This document shows positions 56,705 through 64,000 of a DNA stretch of 64,000 nucleotides, piece by piece (positions within the stretch are counted from its first letter, which is position 1; every line of letters begins with the position of its first letter). Below the pieces are notes generated by a model. It saw only the letters and a program-made list of their open reading frames with translations, ran no database searches and was not told the DNA's origin. Both the position numbers and the translations under genes were made by a program. The DNA comes from an uncultured Flavihumibacter sp. Lineage in GTDB: Bacteria; Bacteroidota; Bacteroidia; Chitinophagales; Chitinophagaceae. The stretch covers positions 200 through 64,199 of the forward strand of contig CBFGLD010000002.1 in NCBI GenBank assembly GCA_965649495.1, given 5' to 3'.

Positions 56705-58342
56705 ATGAACCTTATTACCCGTATTGCCCTTATTGCAGCGCTGAGCGGGGGCTCGGCAGCTGAAGCCCAGAAGTTGAAAAAAGCTGATAAAATGGTCATC
56801 AGCAACCTGCAGCGACATGTTAATTTTCTTGCCGACGACCGCCTGGAAGGGCGCCGCGCCGGAACAGCCGGGGAAGAGCTTGCCCGTGAATATATTGCTG
56901 CAGAATTTGGCAAGGTGGGATTACTTCCAAAGGGTGATAACGGTGGGTGGTGGCAGGCATTCCCCATCTACGATGGAAAGGACTACAGCAAGGATTCCTA
57001 TTTATTTATAGACGAACACGAGGTAGACAGGAAGTCATTTTTCCCGCATCCGCAGTCGCCCGAAAAAATCGTGGAAGCCATGCCTTCCATTGCGATCCGG
57101 GAGGCGGGAGTGCCCTGGTTCCTGGACCTTGCGGAAGAAAAAACTGCCAACGAGGGCAATCCCCATTTTGACATGGAAGCCAATATTATTGCCAGGGCAA
57201 AGGATGCTGCGGAAAAAGGTGCTACAGCCCTACTGGTCACCAACGACGGCAGTGTTGAATACCAGGCAAAAAAGAAAGGAGAAACCCTGCCCATCCCGGT
57301 AGTTTATATTTCCAGGACAGTGGCGGAAAAGTATTTTGCGGATGAGACCGCTGTAATAGAAATCAAGCTAAGAACAGCTTTTAACCAATTGGAAAGAACG
57401 GGCAATAATGTTGTTGGATACCTGGATAACGGTGCTCCCTATACGGTGATCCTGGGAGCTCATTACGACCACCTGGGATACGGCGAGGACGGTAATTCTA
57501 TGCTGCGCAATAATGAAAGGCATATTCACAATGGGGCGGATGACAATGCCAGCGGAACGGCCGCACTCATAGAGCTGGCACGCAGGCTGAAAGCGGAGAA
57601 AAAGCCCGTTGCCAACTACCTTTTCATCGCATTTTCAGCAGAGGAACTCGGGTTATTCGGCTCCAAATATTTCACTGAGCATGCTACAATACCCATGAAT
57701 TCTGTCAGTTACATGATCAATATGGACATGGTGGGAAGGCTTAACGAGAGCAAGTCGCTGACCATCGGGGGCGTTGGCACCTCTCCCCAATGGGCTAAAA
57801 CCTTTTCTTCGGTCAGTGATGCCCGCTACTTCAACATAAAGTTCGACAGCAGCGGTACCGGTCCCAGCGACCATTCCTCATTTTATCGCAAGGATATTCC
57901 TGTACTGTTTTTCTTTACTGGCCTGCACACCGATTATCATAAACCAGGTGACGACGCTGCGGCTATCAACTACGAGGGGCAGTACCGCATTCTGAGGTTG
58001 GTAGAAGGTGTTGTGAAGCAGACACCAGCCGACAATAAGCTGGTGTTCACCAAAACAAGGGAGCAGCAAACCACCACCAGCGCCCGGTTCAGTGTGAGCC
58101 TGGGCATCATGCCGGATTACAGTTTCAGCGGTAACGGGGTTAAGGTGGATGGTGTTACCGATGGCAGGGCCGCCAGCAAGGCCGGTATACTGACAGGCGA
58201 TGTGATCGTTCAGCTGGGAGAACACACCACTGCATCCGTAGAAGCCTATATGCAGGCACTTTCCAGGTTCAAAAAAGGAGACAGCACCCAGGTGAAGTTC
58301 CGGCGCGGTGATAAAGAACAGACTGCCCCCATCGTTTTCTAA
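56705..58342 (+). CDS. M28 family peptidase with C-terminal PDZ domain
   Basis: GAHYDHLG, GADDNASG, AEELGLFGS, GPSDH; SLGIMPDY PDZ start. Confidence 0.92.
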   Translation: MNLITRIALIAALSGGSAAEAQKLKKADKMVISNLQRHVNFLADDRLEGRRAGTAGEELAREYIAAEFGKVGLLPKGDNGGWWQAFPIYDGKDYSKDSYLFIDEHEVDRKSFFPHPQSPEKIVEAMPSIAIREAGVPWFLDLAEEKTANEGNPHFDMEANIIARAKDAAEKGATALLVTNDGSVEYQAKKKGETLPIPVVYISRTVAEKYFADETAVIEIKLRTAFNQLERTGNNVVGYLDNGAPYTVILGAHYDHLGYGEDGNSMLRNNERHIHNGADDNASGTAALIELARRLKAEKKPVANYLFIAFSAEELGLFGSKYFTEHATIPMNSVSYMINMDMVGRLNESKSLTIGGVGTSPQWAKTFSSVSDARYFNIKFDSSGTGPSDHSSFYRKDIPVLFFFTGLHTDYHKPGDDAAAINYEGQYRILRLVEGVVKQTPADNKLVFTKTREQQTTTSARFSVSLGIMPDYSFSGNGVKVDGVTDGRAASKAGILTGDVIVQLGEHTTASVEAYMQALSRFKKGDSTQVKFRRGDKEQTAPIVF

Positions 58343-58355
58343 CAAAATCCGACCA

Positions 58356-58790
58356 ATGAAGTTGAAATTGGACATGTCGGGCGCTGCCGATGATTTTTTT
58401 GAAGACGCACACCTGTTGGGTATTGTGGCTCCAATGCGGGATTACCAGTTTTGCTGGCAGTTGAACCAGCGCTTTCGCTTCCAGTTCCGGCTGAATAACG
58501 ATATTGAGATCCAGTTAAACAAGAAGAACCGCAACTATTATTTTCCCATTTACCAGTATACGGAACCCAACCAATCTCTGACCCATTACCTGTATAAGAA
58601 CCAGCACGATGGGGAATACCTCTTACCAGAATTCCGTCACCTTGATTTTCTTTGGCTGGTGAAAGGTGCGGAAGCAACTACCGCGTTCATTCAGGAGATC
58701 CTGCAGAATATCCGGTCTATCAATGCCGTACAGCTGGTCACGGAATTGACCAACGAAAAAATAAAGAATAAGGAGCACCTGATTTTCTGA
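58356..58790 (+). CDS. IPExxxVDY family protein
   Basis: LLGIVAPMRDYQFCWQLN, YLLPEFRHLDF, KNKEHLIF. Confidence 0.8.
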   Translation: MKLKLDMSGAADDFFEDAHLLGIVAPMRDYQFCWQLNQRFRFQFRLNNDIEIQLNKKNRNYYFPIYQYTEPNQSLTHYLYKNQHDGEYLLPEFRHLDFLWLVKGAEATTAFIQEILQNIRSINAVQLVTELTNEKIKNKEHLIF

Positions 58791-58811
58791 AGCGAGCACC
58801 TGATTTTCTGA
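58773..58811. repeat. 18-bp direct repeat duplicating a gene 3' end
   Basis: GAGCACCTGATTTTCTGA at 58773-58790 and 58794-58811. Confidence 0.9.
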
Positions 58812-58838
58812 TACGGTCGATTAATCCGAAATTGGGCG

Positions 58839-59468
58839 ATGCTTCAGAAATTACGGGATAAGTACCGGCAGTACGGTGCGCTCTATTTACCGGTGGTTTT
58901 GTTCAAAGGAGTTTTAGGAAAATTATCCATTTGGTCAGAGCGTTATTATGTATATGAGAAACGGCTGACGGGGGTGAAAGCTCTTAACAGCCCAACGGGA
59001 TACCTGGTACGGGAAATCGGGTTACCAGACTTGTTGGCGGCCAAAGACTTTGGGTTGGAGGAGAAAACGCTCGGGGTTTTCCGGCGTCGCCTCGCGGCGG
59101 AGGGGTACCGGGTCTATGGGGCTTTTCACGAGCAGCGGCTGGTTGCCTATGGTTGGTTATCCCTTTATACCATTGAGTTACCGGATTATATCCGCAACCA
59201 CGGCCTGGTTCCGGGCGAAGACGAGGCCTACCTGCTGGATGCATTTTGCCAACCTGGGCACCGTGGGCACGGTCTACAAAAAAGTCTGCTGGCGGCACGT
59301 ATGAACAGGGCCCTGGAAGAAGGTAAGGGGAAAGTGATCACGATCGTTCGGCAGGAGAACCTTTCCTCGCGTGCCGCGGTATTAAAGATGGGGTTCACTG
59401 CAGCGAAATTATTATCCTTTACCCGGGTAGGTGAAGTGCAGCGGGTACGTTTATTGCCAATTGAATAA
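58839..59468 (+). CDS. GNAT family N-acetyltransferase
   Basis: [18 protein letters not shown] motif A, ENLSSR, KMGF. Confidence 0.85.
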   Translation: MLQKLRDKYRQYGALYLPVVLFKGVLGKLSIWSERYYVYEKRLTGVKALNSPTGYLVREIGLPDLLAAKDFGLEEKTLGVFRRRLAAEGYRVYGAFHEQRLVAYGWLSLYTIELPDYIRNHGLVPGEDEAYLLDAFCQPGHRGHGLQKSLLAARMNRALEEGKGKVITIVRQENLSSRAAVLKMGFTAAKLLSFTRVGEVQRVRLLPIE

Positions 59469-59484
59469 TCTAAAACATGGAGTT

Positions 59485-59721
59485 ATGTGGAAAGAAACAA
59501 ATAGTCATTTATACCGGAAATTCGAATTCAGAGATTTTCCTGAGGCTTTTGCCTTTATGACCCGGGTGGCGTTGGCTGCAGAAAAAATGGATCATCACCC
59601 TAAGTGGACCAATACCTGGAATATCGTGGAAATTTGGCTCAGCACGCACAGTGCCGGCAATACCGTTACAGACAAAGACCACAAGCTGGCCGTCAAGATT
59701 GATTCCCTTTATAAAGGTTGA
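59485..59721 (+). CDS. Pterin-4-alpha-carbinolamine dehydratase
   Basis: [33 protein letters not shown]. Confidence 0.92.
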   Translation: MWKETNSHLYRKFEFRDFPEAFAFMTRVALAAEKMDHHPKWTNTWNIVEIWLSTHSAGNTVTDKDHKLAVKIDSLYKG

Positions 59722-59724
59722 TAC

Positions 59725-60780
59725 TCAGATAACAGAGATCCGTTTGTCTGCGGCTGCGGCCAGTTTGCCGATGGGTGCCGCGCTGGAGGCAAGTCCCAGT
59801 TCTGCGAGCAACTCCTGCACGGATTCCACTGCACCGGGGTCCACTGCCACCAGAAGACCGCCGTTAGTTTGAGGATCCGGCAGCAAACTGAATGCTTCCA
59901 TAACGTTGACTCCTTTACCGAATGCAACTTCTTTACTATAACTATTCCAGTTGCGAAAAGTGGCATCGGGAGTGATCCTATTGGCGATGTATTCTTTTAC
60001 TCCTGGCAGCGAGGGAACGCGGGCGTATTCCAATTCAGCGGAGAGGCCGCTGCCCTCCATCATTTCCAGCAGGTGGCCCAGTAGCCCAAAGCCGGTGATA
60101 TCTGTCATGGCGTGTACGCCTTCGAGTTTACCAAGTGCGGCGCCTGCCTTGTTCAGGGTAACCAGTTGTTGAATGAAGGGCTCATAGTGAGTGGAGTCCA
60201 GCTGGCCGCGTTTCAGGGCGGTGGAGAGCACTCCCGTACCAAGCGCTTTGGTCATAAAGAGAAAATCGCCGGCCTGGGCGGTATTGTTTCGTTTGAGGTG
60301 GTGACGGGCTACCAGACCATTAACTGATAATCCGAACAGGGGTTCGGGAGAGTCAATACTATGACCGCCCGCCAGGGGGATACCGGCATCGCTGCAGGTG
60401 GCGCGGGCGCCTTCCAGAACCTGTTGCGCAAGTGCAGCGGGCAGTTTTTCTACAGGCCATCCCAGTATGGCGATAGCGAGGAGAGGGTCTCCTCCCATGG
60501 CATAAACGTCACTGATGGCATTTGCAGCTGCAATTCTCCCAAAATCAAAGGCATCGTCCACGATCGGCATGAAGAAATCGGTGGTAGAGATGAGGGCACG
60601 GCCATCTCCCAGGTCATAAACCGCCGCATCATCACGCGATTGATTTCCGACAAGCAGGAGCGGAAAGTTATCAGCAGGGCGGCTGGTGTGCAGGATGGTT
60701 TCCAGCACCTGTGGAGATATTTTGCACCCGCAGCCGGCGCCATGTGAGAACTTTGTTAGGGCATAACTGGTTTCGGTCAT
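59725..60780 (-). CDS. selD: Selenide, water dikinase (Cys form)
   Basis: HGAGCGCKISP, DDAAVY, TTDFF, DVYAMGG, GGHS, TDITGFGLLGH, DPQTNGGLL. Confidence 0.95.
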   Translation of the reverse strand: MTETSYALTKFSHGAGCGCKISPQVLETILHTSRPADNFPLLLVGNQSRDDAAVYDLGDGRALISTTDFFMPIVDDAFDFGRIAAANAISDVYAMGGDPLLAIAILGWPVEKLPAALAQQVLEGARATCSDAGIPLAGGHSIDSPEPLFGLSVNGLVARHHLKRNNTAQAGDFLFMTKALGTGVLSTALKRGQLDSTHYEPFIQQLVTLNKAGAALGKLEGVHAMTDITGFGLLGHLLEMMEGSGLSAELEYARVPSLPGVKEYIANRITPDATFRNWNSYSKEVAFGKGVNVMEAFSLLPDPQTNGGLLVAVDPGAVESVQELLAELGLASSAAPIGKLAAAADKRISVI

Positions 60781-60791
60781 TGCTGTATCGG

Positions 60792-61829
60792 TTAAACTTG
60801 GTTCAATAATAACTGGGTGTTTCGGACAGGGTCCACACCGTTTGCGGAAATGGTAATCACCGGGGTGCCGGGTTCTCTGCTATGTAAACCCTTCAGATAC
60901 CATTTATCATAATAATTGAGCAGGATGTCAAACGCGCCGTCTAAATCGTTTTCGATCAGGCAGTTGATGGCCGTTTTTGTTTCAAGTCCGCCCAGTCTTT
61001 TTTGTATCCGCAGCACCGCGGCAACGAGGTTGTCGCGATCAGCGCGGCCATAGTCGCCCAGGATATAGTCCAGCCTCTCTCTGAAAGGAATATCCAGGAA
61101 ATAACAGGGCGCCGATCGCATTTGTTTGTAAAAGGGCTGGGGGATAACGAGGGAGCCTATGCGAAGGCTTTCATCTTCAATCCATACCCGGTGAAGAGGT
61201 TGCCGGTGGAGAGACCTGAGTTTCATCGCCAGGAGGTTTTCGAACATTTCCTGTGCGGGCTGCGGGGGCAGGCCCAGGTGGCCAAAGGCGGAACCTTTGT
61301 GGTTGGCCATTGCTTCCAGGTCAATGACGGACTCTCCCAGCCGCTCCAGTTTTTGCAATATGGCTGTTTTACCAGAGCCGGTATAGCCACCAATCACCCG
61401 GATCGGAATCTGTGTTTCAAATTGCCGGAGCGCCTCCTGGCGAAAAGACTTGTATCCACCCATAAGGGTGTAAACGTTGAAGCCGTAGAGGTCCAGCAGC
61501 CAGGCCACACCACCGGAGCGCATACCGCCACGCCAACAATGCACCAGCACGGTCGTTGATGATGCAGCTGATAGCAGTTGTTCCACTGTTTCTACCATTG
61601 GCCGCATTTTAGGGCCGAAGAAATCCAGGCCGATGCGGATCGCTTTTTCACGGCTCTCCTGTTTATAGGCCGTGCCCACTATTTTGCGTTCTTCGTTATC
61701 AAATAACGGCAGGGAGTAAGCGCCGGGGATATGTGCATGGGCATATTCCGCCGGGCTGCGTACGTCCAGTACCAGGCTGCTATCCGCCAGGGATAAAAAT
61801 TCGTCTGTGGTAAGTGGTTTGACGGCCAT
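60792..61829 (-). CDS. mnmH: tRNA 2-selenouridine(34) synthase (SelU/YbbB)
   Basis: Rhodanese DVRSPAEY, CWRGGMRS; P-loop GYTGSGKT, ANHKGSAFG, EDES. Confidence 0.95.
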   Translation of the reverse strand: MAVKPLTTDEFLSLADSSLVLDVRSPAEYAHAHIPGAYSLPLFDNEERKIVGTAYKQESREKAIRIGLDFFGPKMRPMVETVEQLLSAASSTTVLVHCWRGGMRSGGVAWLLDLYGFNVYTLMGGYKSFRQEALRQFETQIPIRVIGGYTGSGKTAILQKLERLGESVIDLEAMANHKGSAFGHLGLPPQPAQEMFENLLAMKLRSLHRQPLHRVWIEDESLRIGSLVIPQPFYKQMRSAPCYFLDIPFRERLDYILGDYGRADRDNLVAAVLRIQKRLGGLETKTAINCLIENDLDGAFDILLNYYDKWYLKGLHSREPGTPVITISANGVDPVRNTQLLLNQV

Positions 61830-61843
61830 CTTCCGTATCGCTT

Positions 61844-61874
61844 AAAAAAGGCCGCCTCTGTTTAGGGGCGGCCT
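61844..61874 (-). terminator. Intrinsic terminator after rho
   Basis: AGGCCGCC...GGCGGCCT with T-tract on the minus strand. Confidence 0.75.
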
Positions 61875-61894
61875 GGAATAGTATGGAACCTTCC

Positions 61895-63619
61895 TTAACC
61901 GTTCATACTGGCAAGGAACTCTTCGTTGCTTTTGGTGCCGCGCATACGCTTCAGCAGCTCAGACATGGCCTCTTCGGTATTCATATCGTTGAGGTATAAA
62001 CGCAGTAAATTCATTCTTTGCAGCACATCGCGGTCAAGCAGCAGGTCATCACGACGGGTGGAGGAAGCCACCAGGTCAATTGCCGGGTAGATCCTTCGGT
62101 TAGCGAGTCGACGGTCGAGCTGCAATTCCATGTTACCGGTTCCTTTGAATTCTTCAAAGATCACTTCGTCCATTTTCGAACCGGTATCAATCAGTGCCGT
62201 TGCCAGTATGGTGAGGGATCCGCCGTTTTCGATCTTACGGGCGGCACCGAAGAACTGTTTAGGTTTCTGCATAGCGTTGGCTTCCACACCACCGCTGAGC
62301 ACTTTACCAGAAGAGGGTGCAACGGTATTGTGCGCGCGCGCAAGGCGCGTGATAGAATCCAGCAGGATCACCACATCGTGGCCGCATTCCACCAGTCGTT
62401 TTGCTTTCTGGAGTGCTATGGTAGAAACTTTCACGTGCTTCTCGGCAGGCTCATCAAAAGTGGAGGCGATCACCTCAGCTTTCACGCTGCGTTCCATATC
62501 GGTAACTTCTTCCGGGCGTTCATCGATCAGCACCACCATGAGATAACACTCGGGGTGATTGGCAGAGATGGCGTTAGCTACTTCCTTTAGCAGGACTGTC
62601 TTACCCACTTTAGGCTGCGCCACGATGAGTCCGCGCTGGCCCTTACCAATGGGAGTGAACAGGTCGATCATCCGCGTGCTATAGGCATTAGGCTCAGTGA
62701 AGAGATTGAGTTTTTCGAATGGGAATAACGGTGTAAGGTAGTCGAAAGGTACCCTGTCCCTCACATCTTCCGGTGAGCGGCCGTTTATGGTTTCCACCTT
62801 CAGCAGTGCGAAGTATTTTTCACCCTCTTTTGGGGGACGGACGGTACCGTTAACGGTATCACCGGTCTTAATGCCAAACAATTTTATCTGAGAGGGAGAA
62901 ACGTAGACATCATCGGGAGAAGAGAGATAGTTGTAATCGCTGCTTCTCAGAAAGCCATACCCGTCGGGCATCATTTCTAATACGCCTTCGGCCGGAATGA
63001 TGCCGTCGAATTCAATATTAAAATAATCGCGGGGCGGCTGTTGCGGACGCGGCTGATGCTGGGGCTGTGGAGCTGGGCGGGGCTGCTGGGGTTCGGCGGG
63101 TGCGACAGCTGGGGCTGCTTCCGCGTTTTCCCGGATGATTTCAGTTACCTCGGGTTCCGCAGCAACCGTCAGTTGTTCATCCTCCTGGCTGGATAGCATA
63201 TCCGGTTCGGGAGTGCTGTCACTTGCTTTTTTACGGCCTCTTTTAGCAGTGGTGGCCCTGTCGGTGCGGGGAGCGCCGGCAGTGCGGGATGCACTCTCAG
63301 GTCGGGATGCGGCTCCAGTGCGGGAAGGTTCTTCTTTTTTAACAACCTGTTTGCGGGTTTCCGCTTTGGGTTTTTCTTCATCACTCACCACTTCGGCCTC
63401 TTCGGTTGTCAGGGAAGTGGTTGCTTTTACGATGCGCTTTTTCTTACCGGCTGCGCCTTCCGGGGTTTTTACTTCGCTGGCAAGGACGGCTTGTTTGTCG
63501 AGGATCTTGTAAACGAGCTCCTGCTTATCTAGCTTTTTTGCACCCGGGATTTTAAGTTGCTCCGCAATATCGAGCAACTCAGGAACGAGCATGTCGTTCA
63601 GTTGCAGAATGTCATACAT
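61895..63619 (-). CDS. rho: Transcription termination factor Rho with N-terminal insertion
   Basis: [49 protein letters not shown]. Confidence 0.97.
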   Translation of the reverse strand: MYDILQLNDMLVPELLDIAEQLKIPGAKKLDKQELVYKILDKQAVLASEVKTPEGAAGKKKRIVKATTSLTTEEAEVVSDEEKPKAETRKQVVKKEEPSRTGAASRPESASRTAGAPRTDRATTAKRGRKKASDSTPEPDMLSSQEDEQLTVAAEPEVTEIIRENAEAAPAVAPAEPQQPRPAPQPQHQPRPQQPPRDYFNIEFDGIIPAEGVLEMMPDGYGFLRSSDYNYLSSPDDVYVSPSQIKLFGIKTGDTVNGTVRPPKEGEKYFALLKVETINGRSPEDVRDRVPFDYLTPLFPFEKLNLFTEPNAYSTRMIDLFTPIGKGQRGLIVAQPKVGKTVLLKEVANAISANHPECYLMVVLIDERPEEVTDMERSVKAEVIASTFDEPAEKHVKVSTIALQKAKRLVECGHDVVILLDSITRLARAHNTVAPSSGKVLSGGVEANAMQKPKQFFGAARKIENGGSLTILATALIDTGSKMDEVIFEEFKGTGNMELQLDRRLANRRIYPAIDLVASSTRRDDLLLDRDVLQRMNLLRLYLNDMNTEEAMSELLKRMRGTKSNEEFLASMNG

Positions 63620-63814
63620 ACTAAGACTTGTGCGTTTGATGAGATTTCAATCAGCCTTACTTCTTGAAAAAATGGAATGAAATTATGATTGGGTGTACTA
63701 CAAGTGACGAGTTGGTGAGCGGTGAAGAGCACTGATCAGCTTGGTTCCAATTGCAATTTTATGGCAAAAAGGCCAGATGTAAAAAAAAATCCTTTGTTTT
63801 TTTGGTATCCCGGG

Positions 63815-64000
63815 TCAATTAACGCGGTTTTCCAGGATATTTCCGGCTTCCGCGTCTGAAATGTTCTGCAGGGTGGTGCGGGCTATCTGGGTAAGGGCTT
63901 CTTCGGTAAAGAAACCCTGGTGTGAGGTAATCAGCACATTGGGGAAGCTCATGAGTCGCAGGATATCGTCGTCGTCGATCAGTTCCCCACTACGATCATA
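63815..64000 (-). CDS. D-lactate / 2-hydroxyacid dehydrogenase, C-terminal fragment
   Basis: ...DDDILRLMSFPNVLITSHQGFFTEEALTQIARTTLQNI...*; truncated by window edge. Confidence 0.88.
   Translation of the reverse strand, partial: YDRSGELIDDDDILRLMSFPNVLITSHQGFFTEEALTQIARTTLQNISDAEAGNILENRVN

Noticed and set aside
60725-60745. Selenocysteine recoding in selD
   Set aside because: The active-site motif reads GAGCGCK with Cys codons and there is no in-frame TGA

Overview
This is a 64-kb chromosomal window from a Bacteroidota bacterium, inferred to be Chitinophagaceae-like from its gene families, A-rich start regions without Shine-Dalgarno sites and TAnnTTTG-type promoters. Most of it is housekeeping or metabolic: an aminotransferase, malic enzyme, purF, adk, msrB, paaZ, a cystathionine gamma-synthase/lyase, asnB, rpiB, tatC, an SNF2 helicase, peptidases, selD-selU and rho. 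The outstanding feature is a ~18.6-kb block (9994-28583). It holds a sigma-54 factor, its enhancer-binding response regulator, three histidine kinases and two stand-alone receivers. Around them lie genes that are RpoS/SigB general-stress markers in other phyla (YtxH, DUF1328, lmo0937 family, Blc, YihY, PA2169 family, cytoplasmic amylase, HPF-like). Ten transcription units in the block have a -24/-12-like box with a T-rich -12, including rpoN itself. This suggests a sigma-54-driven general stress or dormancy system. Also seen: a REP-like palindrome family that supplies start and stop codons, tandem duplications at stop codons, two related candidate sRNA modules and two small ORFs missing from the ORF track. 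No tRNA, rRNA, CRISPR array or transposase was recognised. All family assignments come from motif recognition, not database searches.
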